Source of the DNA: Negaprion brevirostris
Taxonomy: Eukaryota
Assembly (NCBI GenBank): GCA_030324005.1
Contig: JARDVH010000132.1
Location: 49,874,458-49,938,457 of the forward strand
DNA length: 64,000 bases
Reading direction: 5' to 3'
Position numbers and translations under genes: made by a program. Position 1 is the stretch's first letter; the number at the start of each line of letters is the position of its first letter. Positions 10,605-21,935 of the stretch are shown one piece after another. The notes beneath the pieces were generated by a model. That model saw only the letters and a list, made by a program, of their open reading frames with translations, searched no databases and had not been told where the DNA came from.

Positions 10605-12250
10605 CCCACACATCTACGGAAGCAAAGAGTGGAAAACCCAAGGGCAGGATCAGTCCTTACGACAGCTAGGGGCCCAGCCGCCGGATCCAAAGCAGAGAGT
10701 ATCCCTCGAGATGTCACAGTGTTCAGTGGCAATGATACAAGCAGCAGTGTAAGAGGTGACACACACTTGTATAACCAAAATGAGTTGTTTTTCACACTTG
10801 ATATCCTCAGCAGCAAATTAGAAGCCAACACATCTGACAAGTTACGTACAGACTGAGGGAGTGTGTGCAGGAGGGCAGCATAAGTATGACAGGGTAACTG
10901 TAACCCATGCAATGGAGGCATCCATGTCAAGCGCACAGGGACATCAACAAGTGACCAATTTGAGCTGATAACAGATGGCCAACACATAGGCAGAGAGCAG
11001 TGATAAGGCTTTCCAGAATATCACATGGAATCATATCCCTCTCCTGGAAGGAGAAAGGGGCTCATTGTGCCGACCAACAAGCAAATTGTCTCATGCAACA
11101 GCAGCAGCTGAGAGGTATCTTTGACATCACAAATATTGATAAGCTTCTTTGAAGGGCGAGTGCCTTGCAGCAGGTAGGCATATGTACAGCAAAGGAGTAG
11201 ACACGCTGGTTGAATAGTTATCCATGCTGGTCTGCTGGTGAAAGGGAGTTTTGTTCCATCAACGGATATCTGGTGAATGATAGAATTCATCTGGCACATG
11301 AAGGAAAACACTCGGCATGTGGGATCCTCATAGTCAGGCACTTGCAAAATCTGTTGGGATGTTCATGGGTCCAACAAGGCGTCTGACAAGAGGCCTGGTA
11401 GCAACTGACTGTGGAAAGAAAGGTAGTGATAGAGACATTCAGAAAATTCTCCCCTGCATAGTTTCACACAAGGATAAGGCTTGGACTGCACAATATGTGG
11501 GCAGAAGAGTTTGACAGAAGCTGCAACACTCAGAGCTTCAATTTCACAAGACAACCAGGTGATTTGACAATCACACAGGATGGCAATGAAAAAAACGGAG
11601 CACTTAAATCTGTTGCCACAGGTCAAGATGTGGAGATGCTGGCGTTGGACTGGGGTAAACACAGTAAGAAGCCCTGGAAGCTAGTGGCATTTGCTACCAA
11701 ATAAACCTGTTGCACTTTAACCTGGTGTTGTGAGACTTCTTACTGTGCCACAGGTCACATAGGGGGTGGATGCAATGACAGCTTAACAACACCACTTATG
11801 GCAACCCAGAGTGATTGTCTAGGAAGGGAAGGGTAATGGTTTTAGTGCCATGTAAGAGCATATTGTGCCAATTGAAGGCTTGTGTAGCAATCATCTGCCC
11901 GCTTGATCTTTCCATTGGGCTGACAACTGGCAATAACAGTGACCAAGAGGGCTGTGTATGAGGCACAGTGAGGGAGAACTCTTGAAAGCATCCTGTAGTT
12001 AAAAGATCTAATGCCAAAAAGCTTTTCCGATGGACAGCAGGTAGAGAGGGTGGTGTGGATTAGCTTGCAAAGTTTCCTGGGAAAAAACATCATCCCAGAA
12101 TAATTGCATCCTTAGGACAGTCTTGGGACAAATATGAGTAGGTCACATCGTCACAGAGCATCTAATACATGTTGCCAGACGTGAAGATGTTTTTCAGGGT
12201 TGTTACCACCACAATAAAGGTCATCTACAATTTTGACGGCTGTGCCCAAG
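10605..12250 (-). mobile_element. Decayed LTR-retrotransposon pol (RT-RNase H-integrase order, Gypsy-like) with a KIVDD motif
   Basis: AVKIVDDLYCGGNNPE (12240-12190); LSRVLPHCAS; TITLP; WLSCEIEALSVAASVK; KLCRGEFS; LPFTSRPAW; QGTRPSKK; GPLAVVRTDPALGF. Many stops and frameshifts. Confidence 0.85.
11626..11745. mobile_element. Short inverted Penelope pLTR insertion with 12-bp flanking duplication
   Basis: tgccacaggtca at 11614-11625 and 11746-11757; internal inverted cacagtaagaag / cttcttactgtg. Confidence 0.85.
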
Positions 12251-12257
12251 TCTAGAC

Positions 12258-12460
12258 CAGCTTTTCAAACTTTATTTCTGACAACCCACTTTTACCAAAT
12301 GGCCATTCCTCACAACACACCACATTCAGTTACTACCTAATGTGGCAGGTGACCCTGCCCGGTCCTCACAACCTCACTCCAATCAGGTTGACAGGATGAG
12401 AGGGCGATACAGAGTTCAGCCGTTTTATCTGGGACGACGGACAACCTTACTTACTTCAGT
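12258..12460 (-). mobile_element. hAT (Charlie/Buster-type) transposon 3' end
   Basis: Terminus cagcttttcaaact next to a gtctagac target (12250-12257); minus-strand AELCIALSSCQPDWSEVVRTGQGHLPH* resembles the Buster transposase C-terminus. Confidence 0.7.
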
Positions 12461-12838
12461 CATTGTTTACTTGCAGGTTGGCACATACACAGGATCGCAA
12501 TACCAACGATCGAGTTTTACTGCAGCCATGAAAACAAAGAGTGCAATTCAATGATGAAAGTTGGCTGCGCCCAGGAGGGAATCCAGTCACCAGAGGGTGA
12601 CTGGCAAAAGGGGCCATGAAATGTCCTTGTCAGGCAGGATTAAGGAGAATCCCAAGGCTTTTTATGCGGTTAAGGAGGAAGGGGGTAGCTAGGGGTAGAT
12701 CCACTCAAGGAGAGTGGANNNNNNNNNNNNNNNNNNNNNNNNNNNNNNNNNNNNNNNNNNNNNNNNNNNNNNNNNNNNNNNNNNNNNNNNNNNNNNNNNN
12801 NNNNNNNNNNNNNNNNNNTGTGGTGACTAGGGGATTTT

Positions 12839-12912
12839 CACAGTAACTTCATTGCAGTGTTAATGTAAGCCAACTTGTGACACTAATAAATAAACTTTAA
12901 CTTTAAACTTTA
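12839..12912 (+). mobile_element. HE1 tail-B 3' end (body probably in the gap)
   Basis: cacagtaacttcattgcagtgttaatgtaagccaacttgtgacactaataaataaact. Confidence 0.85.
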
Positions 12913-12944
12913 ATGTGCCATTAAGAAGACTATAGTTCTGCCAA

Positions 12945-13670
12945 TGGGCAGAATCTTGTTGAAGTGTCGAGGGTCTAATCTGCCAGCAAGAGACCCATGA
13001 TGCCTCTTTTCAGGAAGGCCTCCTGAACCACAAACCAGTCAGGCAGTGGCAGGCCTTCCCCTGAAACCAAAACCCTGGGAATGGGAGCCTTGCCTACCAA
13101 GAGCTGCAGGGCTGGCCAATCAGAGACCAGCACCTTTGAACTGTGCTCAGCAACTTCACTGGGAGGCCGTGGCTGGAACCATGAAGGACAGTGACCAAGG
13201 ACTGGGGAGCGGCCCCAACCACAGGTAGGTAATTGGGTTTTTTATTGCAGGCTGAGGGTCCACAGGGAAATGGATGTGAGGGAGGCGGGTGGTTGACAGC
13301 AAGGCCAGGGTGTTGGCCATTTCCTGATGCTTGATTTCTTGATCAGTTGCTGAATGCCTTTGATTGAGGGTGATCCTCCACATCTCCATGAGGTGGCAGG
13401 CTGCTATGCGTGCCTCTTGGCAACAGGTCCACACACCACTGCGTCCATGCCAGTGGTGGCAGGATGAGGCTCTTAAGTTGGTCATTAGATGGCCACTTAA
13501 GGTCCTCAACTGGCGGCAGGTTGGAAAAGTTTATCGTTAGGCCTTTCTGACCAGAACTTAATTCTTACAGAGATGAGATGGCGACAGGTGCAGGTATGTT
13601 ACTGTCCTGTCTCATTACACATCCTCCTGCCTCCAGGTTCCCCACCGGCGAGAGCAGAAGATTCCAACCA
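12945..13670. mobile_element. Non-autonomous Harbinger-type element
   Basis: gggcagaatctt...aagattccaacc termini around a GC-rich interior. Confidence 0.55.
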
Positions 13671-13674
13671 ATGT

Positions 13675-13795
13675 GGCACCCCCTCAACATTGCACGTAAG
13701 TGTCAGCTTAGAATGTGCAATCAAATTGAGGAATAAGACTTGAAGCTGAAGTCTTCAAATGCATAGGCAAGAGTGCCAGCACTGAGGCAAGCAGA
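13675..13795 (-). mobile_element. Deu-SINE 5' half
   Basis: Reverse complement: cctcagtgctggcactcttgcct...gcttcaagtc...gctgacacttacgtgcaatgttgaggg. Confidence 0.6.
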
Positions 13796-13904
13796 TATCT
13801 GGTCAAACATAGGCCAGGTTTTATTGGACAAAAAAAAACACACATCAGGATTATTGCCTGGAGTTAATAGAAAATAATGGGAGTGATAATTGTAACTTAA
13901 TCAT

Positions 13905-14790
13905 CCAAAATAAAAACCCCGGAAATACTCAACAATATGATATGATATATTTTATTAGTGTCACAAATAGGTTTACATTAATACTGCAATGAAGTTACTG
14001 TGAAAATCCCCAGTTGCCACACTCTGGCACCTGTTTGTTAATACTGTGGGAGAATTCAGCACGGCCAATGCACCTAACCAGCACATCTTCCAGACTGCGG
14101 GAGGAAACCGGAGCACCCGGAGGAAATCCATGCAGACACAGGTAATGGACTCCCACAGAAGCAGAGTTAACATATTCCAACAGACGGAAGACAGGAATGT
14201 AAGAGTTTTTAAGGGGAAGGGGGAAAGAAAAACAACAGGTTAACTCTGTGATAGGGTGAGAACCTATCTTGTGTTAATTAACATGAGATTTCATGATGCA
14301 AAGACAAGGAGGTAGGTATAGATCATCCATCTAAATACAAGATAAAGGAATAAAGAAAGAAACAAACCAGAACAAAAAACATAACTCCCGCATAGAACCA
14401 GATGGAGGCAGGGGTTATGATCCAAAATTATTCAACTCAAAGTTGAGTCCAGAGTGCCAAGGCAAAAGACAAGATGCAGTTCCTTGAGCTTGCGTTGAAC
14501 TTTATCAGAACACTATAACAGGCCTTGGACAGAAAGGTCAGTGTTGGAGTAGAGTGGAGAATTAAAACGACAAGTGACAGGAAGCTCAGGGTCATGCTTG
14601 CAAATTGAATGGAGGTATTTCGCAAAGCAGTCACCCTGTCCATGTTTGGCCTTCACAATGTAGAGGTCACGTCATTAACATCAAATGCAACACATATATA
14701 TAAAATCGAAAGAAATATAAGTGAATCACTATTCCACTTGGAAGGAGTATTTGGATTTATGTACTCATTGGATTGCTGCATATCTAATTT
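13905..14790 (-). mobile_element. Penelope-like element (GIY-YIG region plus pLTR), interrupted by HE1
   Basis: Minus-strand GDCFAKYLHSICKHDPELPVTCRFNSPLYS..DLSV..LL..RKLKELH. Confidence 0.8.
13936..14142 (-). mobile_element. HE1 V-SINE with tail B, 5'-truncated
   Basis: V-domain plus ttcacagtaacttcattgcagt tail. Confidence 0.9.
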
Positions 14791-15199
14791 ATTGCAGAGC
14801 ACGCAGAGAGATTCGACTTCTAAATCCAAACAGTTCATTTACAGAAATTTAAAACCTCTCAGAGCTTGCAGGATTTTGTAAATACATATGTAAGACATGA
14901 GTTTGTACACACAGATCTCATATCTCAGCCAGATCCTTTCTGAAACATTTAGTGGTTTTAACTCTCTAGCTCTACCCTCAGGCTTTAACAATCAAACACA
15001 GCTACATTGATTAGTGAACAGGCCAACACAGTCAAATACAGATCAACTACCATTGAATACTATTACCATTATGGTCTTGGATGATGAGAAGGGAGGAGGC
15101 AACAGGACAAGTGTTACATCTCCTGTGTTTGCATGATAAGGTGCCCTGAAGCAGGTGGGGTTGGGGGCTGTTTCAGATACATGGTAGGCCATTGATGAG

Positions 15200-15578
15200 A
15201 CCGAGATGAGCTTCACTTAGAGTGTGGTGAACCTGTGGAATTCTCTACCACAGAAGGCTGTGGAGGGCAAGTCACTGAAGATATATTTGAAAAGAATAGA
15301 TAGATTTCTAGACTCTAAAGGTATGAAGGGGGTGGGAACAACACAGAGGTATGGTTTTGAGATACAAAGAACAAAATCAGCCCGGGAAACAGGCCCTTCA
15401 GCCCAACGAGCCCGTGCTGCCATCTCAACACCACCAGCCCCCCTCTCCACCCACAACCCCTGTCTAATGTTTTATGGCCATCCAGATTGAGGGAAACTGA
15501 TTTAGGGATAATTTATTCCTGCCTGGTGGAACATGTTCAAAGAGCCAAATGGCCTAATCATGCTCTTGCTTTCTATGT
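15200..15578 (+). mobile_element. CR1/HER1 3' fragment with a nested minus-strand CR1-type tail (about 15365-15480)
   Basis: VVNLWNSLPQKAVE motif; nested caaagaacaaaatcagcccgggaaacaggcccttcagccc. Confidence 0.8.
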
Positions 15579-15579
15579 T

Positions 15580-15715
15580 GGGTGGGAACCCTTCACTGAG
15601 GAAAAAGAAGACATATCAGAATTGCTGTTGTGGAAGATTGCAACATCAGAACAAATGTGATGGAGATTGAGAAACTGGGAGAATGGAATGGAAGTGACAA
15701 TTGGTAACATGCAAG
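15580..15715 (-). mobile_element. Penelope RT C-terminal fragment
   Basis: Minus-strand SIPFSQFLNLHHICSDVAIFHNSNSDMSSF. Confidence 0.75.
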
Positions 15716-15738
15716 TGAAACCAGCAGAATATCATCTA

Positions 15739-15881
15739 GGTGGCACAGTGGTTAGCACTGCTGCCTCACAGTGCCAGGAACCTGGGTTTGATTCCCGGCA
15801 TGTGTCACTGTCTGTGTGGAGTTTGCACATTCTCCCTGTGTCTGTGTGGGTTTCCTCCGGGTGCTCTAAATATCTCCCACA
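15739..15881 (+). mobile_element. HE1 V-SINE 5' part
   Basis: tRNA head and V-domain running into a gap. Confidence 0.92.
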
Positions 15882-16489
15882 NNNNNNNNNNNNNNNNNNN
15901 NNNNNNNNNNNNNNNNNNNNNNNNNNNNNNNNNNNNNNNNNNNNNNNNNNNNNNNNNNNNNNNNNNNNNNNNNNNNNNNNNNNNNNNNNNNNNNNNNNNN
16001 NNNNNNNNNNNNNNNNNNNNNNNNNNNNNNNNNNNNNNNNNNNNNNNNNNNNNNNNNNNNNNNNNNNNNNNNNNNNNNNNNNNNNNNNNNNNNNNNNNNN
16101 NNNNNNNNNNNNNNNNNNNNNNNNNNNNNNNNNNNNNNNNNNNNNNNNNNNNNNNNNNNNNNNNNNNNNNNNNNNNNNNNNNNNNNNNNNNNNNNNNNNN
16201 NNNNNNNNNNNNNNNNNNNNNNNNNNNNNNNNNNNNNNNNNNNNNNNNNNNNNNNNNNNNNNNNNNNNNNNNNNNNNNNNNNNNNNNNNNNNNNNNNNNN
16301 NNNNNNNNNNNNNNNNNNNNNNNNNNNNNNNNNNNNNNNNNNNNNNNNNNNNNNNNNNNNAATCATGAAACATTGAGTTTTACATTGACCCTTTTATTGT
16401 TAAAATACCAGTTAGATACCATCTTTAGTCTGGGGTGAGCTGGCAGTATTGAATTACACTGCTGCTGTCTGGTTAGACAGGATAAATAT

Positions 16490-17464
16490 GGGGGCGATGC
16501 TTCCAAAAAAATTCTAAGTGCCAAATTCGTGTGAAATCTGGAGTGAATCACGCTGATTATTCAGCGGGAATTTCAAAATGAATCTCCTTCTGTGGATTGC
16601 AGTGCGCACTAGCCTGAATCAGCTCAATCACTGGCCAGCCCCGTGACCTCACAACACTGGCTTTCCAGCTCCCCATGGCCCTATCACTGACCCCCTGACT
16701 ATAGCCAGGCCCAGCCACAACACCCCCCCCACCTGCCGTCATGACCCCGACCCCCCCACAGTGCTAAGCTACCCCCCCGCCACCGCAGTCCCTGCCTCCC
16801 TCTACACACACTCCCCCCAACTCCCCATCTCCACTAAGCCCACTCTGACCGCTGGCCTCCCTCCTTCCCCTACCAGTCACAACTGCAGAGTGGCAAGTGG
16901 CAGAGGGAGCCCTCACCCCCACTGATTGCCTCACCTCCATCAGGCCCTGCTCCCTTGGCATTGCCTCAGGCATAGTAGGCAGTGCCAAGGTACCCACTGG
17001 GCAGTGGTATTTTGCCCCTTTTACAGTGCCAGGGGGCCCAGGCTGCCAAAGTGCCAGTGGCCAGGGGGNNNNNNNNNNNNNNNNNNNNNNNNNNNNNNNN
17101 NNNNNNNNNNNNNNNNNNNNNNNNNNNNNNNNNNNNNNNNNNNNNNNNNNNNNNNNNNNNNNNNNNNNNNNNNNNNNNNNNNNNNNNNNNNNNNNNNNNN
17201 NNNNNNNNNNNNNNNNNNNNNNNNNNNNNNNNNNNNNNNNCCTGCTAATCATATTTAATTTTTATTAAAATCCCTCTAATGTATACCTAATGCAGATTTG
17301 CTCCTATTTCTGGCAAGGAGCTGATGGTATCAGGAATCTAGTGCTGGGAGAAGCACTCGGGGTCGGATGCCCAGCACGGATTGTGCTAATCTGGTCCCAC
17401 TGAAGTCCCTTGGCCCATTGCACTAATAGATTAGTGCAATGGGATGGAAGAATCGCTCTCCCCC
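16490..17464 (+). mobile_element. About 1-kb GC-rich non-autonomous Harbinger-like element
   Basis: TIR-like gggggcgatgctt...aagaatcgctctcccc; homologous to the inverted copy at 58062-59223. Confidence 0.7.
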
Positions 17465-18034
17465 TTTCTATTCCTATTATCTCAAAAAAAAACTGATAAG
17501 CTCCTTGATTAGCACTAAACATTTAGAAAGACGAATCAAGCTGGAAATTTAAAATAATAATTTCACTGTGCTTGCAATTATAATCCAGTTGAAGTAGACC
17601 CAAAGCAGTGTGAAGTTATTTCCCCAAAGTGTAATTGCATCGTTTACCAGAAATCAGCACAGTATTAATGACAATACAATTTTTGCTTGAGGTTGATGCA
17701 GAAACCGCATTGCTCCATTGCAAAAATGACAATGTAACTGAACTATCACATATTAAATTCAGCAGCCTTGGAAGGTTTATATTGTAATGGTGTTTCTAAT
17801 TCACAACATGCTAAGTAGTAGTTTACTGCTTGGTATCTCTTTATTTCTCCACAAAACTTCACCAATAAATCACTGTGAATGTAGAATTACCCAAGCTCAG
17901 TTGGAATTAAAATACAAGTTCACTTGGTGTCTATAAGGCTGAAAATCCACAAATCCCCCAGCTCACTTCCCCTGTAAATCTGGTGGATGTTCCCAGCTTT
18001 ACGGTCAGGATTCTATTGGGGCTGGCAAAAGATG

Positions 18035-18077
18035 GAATCACAAGCTTTCGGAGCACTGCTCCTTCATCAGGTGACTC
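18035..18077 (-). ncRNA. Minimal type I hammerhead ribozyme motif (solo Penelope pLTR remnant)
   Basis: Minus strand reads GAGUCAC-CUGAUGA-A-GGAGC-AGU-GCUCC-GAAA-GC-UU-GUGAUUC: 7-bp stem I, 5-bp stem II and a palindromic AAGCUU stem III. Confidence 0.85.
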
Positions 18078-19667
18078 ACAAGACTGGAATCTTCCTCAGC
18101 ACATATGATAGATAATAAGTTGGGAGTCCCAGATTAACTCATGGTCAGTGTCTGACATTACATCAGTGTAGTGATGATTTTGAATTCAGGTTTTGTAGTT
18201 CCTAATACGATCTGAAGATTCTCATGTATGCTCTCAATGACGCTCATTATTATTAGTTAAATTAGCAACAGTGTTGCTGTCTGCAAAAAAATAACCCCAT
18301 GCCAGGCACCTCCAGCTCATGCTGGAGGTCGGCCCTGCCAGATGCAGATTTGAGGTTACTATTAGATCAGCCATGATCTTATTAAGTCGTAGAACAGGCT
18401 TAAGGGGTTAATGGACTCCTGCTGCACCTTGTTCATATATTCATATGTACGTATGCCTTAGTGTGACATTTAATGAGTGGTCTGGCACTCCTAATATCAG
18501 TAATCAGGTTCTGAAAACCTTGTATAACAGCAGACTGTATCCTGCCTCCCAGAATCTGGATACCATTGTGGACCGAGCGCACTGGCTCTAGGCGCCAGCG
18601 CTAGTGTAAGTAGCCCATGGTGAGAGGCATAAGGTGACTTTCTCTCTGTTCTTTCCTTGTACTCTGTGTGAAAATGTCTACCTCAGCTCAGTGCCCCCTC
18701 ATGATGTCCCACCACAAGAATTATTTCAACAATCTTCCTTTAAAGGCAGTCCGGCATTAAATGGTTAGCTATTTAGAAGCATAGTAATTTAAGCTTTATC
18801 ATTATGGAAAGCACCAGATGGGAAGGGGGAAAGAAAACTTCTTACAGGATATGAGAACCAAATGTTGACTTTAAGTATATCCTGCATGTTGTAATCTTGA
18901 CATTCCTTACTGCCCACAACACCTTGGGGTAATTTTATTATGTGCCTAAAGCTAATGCTAAAGAGCATAGAAGTTGCTTTGCAAACACCAGGAGACAGAT
19001 GAGGCTGTTCAGGAGGAAACGACCACCGGATAGAAAATCATCAGTTGACTTATGCAAGTGAATTCCAGGGAATTCCAGGTTAACTGACCACATAACATAG
19101 CTGCAAATGACTGTCAAATGTACCTGCACAATGTTGCCAATATGTGGCTGTCCGATAATGGAATCATTGTGTAGAAACAATGCTCTATACTGTTTGCTCC
19201 AAGTTTTGAAGGCAATGTTGAATTTGCTAGATAGCAAGTATCAAGAAGAGTTTATTTTGGAGCAAAAACATTTAGTCATTGTCCTAATTTTTCACTTCGT
19301 AAGATTGTAAATGGATGTGGAGTTTTGAGGAAGCCCTGCTTTCCCTTGGCTGGGAGATTGGGACTGTTGGCTGAATGACTGATTCTCAGTGGGGGAGCAA
19401 ATGTGATCATGAAAGAGTTAAAGGAAAATTAGAAGCAGAAAAGCAAGTGAAAAATAATTTCCATATTTTAGGTGATTTTTTAAAATCAGTAATCCAATTT
19501 AACATTACTGGAACAACTGGAGTATTTTAATAGTATTTATAGGTATTTGATTTGATTTATGATTCAATCTCTGTCTGAAAAGAAGGTATTAAATGAAAAT
19601 AGTTGTAACTGTTTGTCCAGTAGTCCAATCATCTGAATAAAAAATTCCCAGGAAAATATGTGCACGT

Positions 19668-19822
19668 TTCCTCCTTAACAGCACTGTAGGTGTACCAACA
19701 CCATATGGACTGCAGCAGTTCAAGAAGACAGCTCACCACCACCTTCTCAAGGACAATTATGGATGGGCAAAAAATGTTTGTCTAACCAGCGATGCCCACA
19801 TCATATGAATGAATAAACAAAA
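19668..19822 (+). mobile_element. Family B LINE 3' end
   Basis: ggactgcagcagttcaagaagacagctcaccaccaccttctcaagg...gatgcccacatcatatgaatgaataaa. Confidence 0.88.
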
Positions 19823-20230
19823 AGCATACCTATATAACGATCCTGTAATATCAACTTGTTTGTTGGATTTTCACCAACTTATGCATTGTTGCAAAAGAGT
19901 TTTTGTAGAGAACAACATGGGCTGAAATTCTCCTGTCTCATGTGCCCCACTATTTGCAGCAGGGGGACTGGAGAATCCCAGCTGAGGGTGAGGTCAGAGC
20001 ATTGTTTAACTGGGTGGTCAATCACAAGTCCAGATGTTCCAACATAATCTGCTTCAGTCAAGTAAATGCCTGTTTGAAGAGTGATTTGTTTGTGATTATG
20101 AGGGAGAAAATAATGTGCTTTAGGGTAGGGGAAGAAACAAAATTAATTAAAACTAATATCTTAAATTGAATGTTACTAAGAGCATCTTTGAGGATCACCA
20201 TAACCCATTATTTTTCTCTAATCTTCTCAG

Positions 20231-20339
20231 CTCTGAAGAGAATAATGCCAAGATTGAACCATGCAGCCTTGAAGTGGAATTGAGTTTGCTGTCCAACCAA
20301 CTTCCTAAATCAAAGGGGCTAGAAGAATTTCTTCAAAAA
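20231..20339 (+). CDS. RFTN1: Raftlin coding exon, 109 nt (SEENNAKIEPCSLEVELSLLSNQLPKSKGLEEFLQK)
   Basis: ttctcAG acceptor and aaa|GTAAGA donor; phase 2 in, phase 0 out, which joins both neighbours in frame. Weak similarity to human ...YILELDCCSS...PEFIKK. Confidence 0.85.
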
Positions 20340-20714
20340 GTAAGAGTATAATTCATTTTTTCCCCTTTCCTTAAAAAGATTAGTTTGTTATCATGGACCA
20401 GAAGATGGTTTTGAATTTACTTATTTGCAGTCTTACAAACTGTGAGCTAAGTAAATTCCCTAGAACACAATAGACAGGAAATTGGGCTTATTATCACTTG
20501 TTTTATGTACACTACATATGCCCTTAACATCATTACACATGAACATACTCGTATGGCAGATCAGGCCAGATGCCATGTTGTTGCAGATGTTTGCACACTT
20601 GCAGTCAATACTTGCTAAAAGTAACTAAGTAAGCAGACCATGATGTAAACTATGTGTTCCTTTTTGAGGCCAGTGATGCCATTTGGAGCTCAGTGTCCCA
20701 GCCAATGATCTCTG

Positions 20715-21470
20715 TAAACCTCTTTGGGAGTCAGTAGGTGAGTTAATCTCCACAGAATCCCCAGCCCCTGACTTGTTTCTGGAGCCATAGAATTTATATG
20801 GCTAATTCAGTTCAGTTTCTGGTAGCCCTCAAGATGCTGAGAGTGGGGATTCAGTGGTGGTAATGCCATTTAACGTTAAAAGGAATTTCTTTCTCGTTGG
20901 GAATGCTCATTAGTGGTATTATCACTAGACTATTAATCCAGAAACTCAGCTAACCCTGGGGACCTGGGTTCAAATCCTGCCACAGCAGATGGTGAAATTT
21001 GAATTCAATAAAAGATATCTGCAATTAATAATCTACTGATGACCATGAAACCATTGTCGATTTTTGGAAAAACCCATCTGGTTCATTAATATCCTTTAGG
21101 GAAGGAAATCTGTCGTCCTTATCCAGTCTGGCCTACATGTGATGCCAGAACCACAGCAATGTGGTTGACTCTCAAGTGCCCTCCAAGGGGCAACTAGTGA
21201 TGGGCAATAAATGCTGGCCAGCCAGTGACACCCATGTCCGATGAATGAATAAACGAAAACCTGGCACTTGTGTGGTGTGAATGTTACTTGCTACTTGTAC
21301 TTGCCCAAGTCTGAATATTGTCCAGGTCTTGCTGTATTCTGACATGGACTGCTTCCACTCCTAGCTTTACGATGANNNNNNNNNNGGACATTACCATGAG
21401 GAACTTCAACAGTGATGTCCTAAGGCTGCGATGATTGACCTCCAATAACCACAATCATCTCCCTTTGCTG
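20715..21470 (-). mobile_element. Family B LINE ORF2 fragment, split by a SINE
   Basis: Both flanks are reverse complements of adjacent segments of 34480-34930. Confidence 0.8.
20911..21259 (+). mobile_element. tRNA-derived SINE with family B LINE tail
   Basis: tagtggtatt (A box) and gggttcaaatcc (B box); tail aaggggcaactagtgatgggcaataaatgctggccagccagtgacacccatgtcc shared with the LINE end at 35420-35495. Confidence 0.92.
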
Positions 21471-21935
21471 CTTTTGATTGTACTCCATCTTGTCCTGCAA
21501 GAGCGAGTGAAGAGGGTCAGTGAGTAAGGTGGAATAGCTGGCCATGTTTGCAAGCTGTAAGATCTGTGTGTGATGCTTGCAGCAGCAGTAGGTGTTTGAA
21601 ATTGAGGTGAAGCTATGAGTGTGAGCTATGAGACCTGATTGAAACAAATGAGAGATGAGTGTTGGTTGTGTGGTGATCTGAACAATGGCTGAGGCTACTA
21701 ATTCAATTGGTGCATTATGGCACTCATGTGAGCTCATTGAACTTCTTGCACTGCTTTCAAGTCCTTGGGCTAGACTCCGTGCGTTAACTTCCATGGATTT
21801 CTAGTTCCACTGCTTTTTGACCATGTCTAAAGGGCCCTCTTCCCCCATAGTTGTTCAGAGCATCCCTCTTCCTTTCCACCTCCTGCACCAATACCTCCAG
21901 TATGGAATCTGAAAATCTTGGATCCCACTCTCCCT
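21470..21935 (-). pseudogene. Harbinger Myb/SANT-like ORF relic with two exons
   Basis: PRFSDSILEVLVQEVERKRDAL...QW...EVNARS...KQCKKFNELT, then ttgcAG|DKMEYNQ. Confidence 0.8.

Noticed and set aside
15739-15800. tRNA-like sequences with A and B boxes (all SINE heads)
   Set aside because: They continue into SINE bodies and lack a proper acceptor stem, so they are not tRNA genes.
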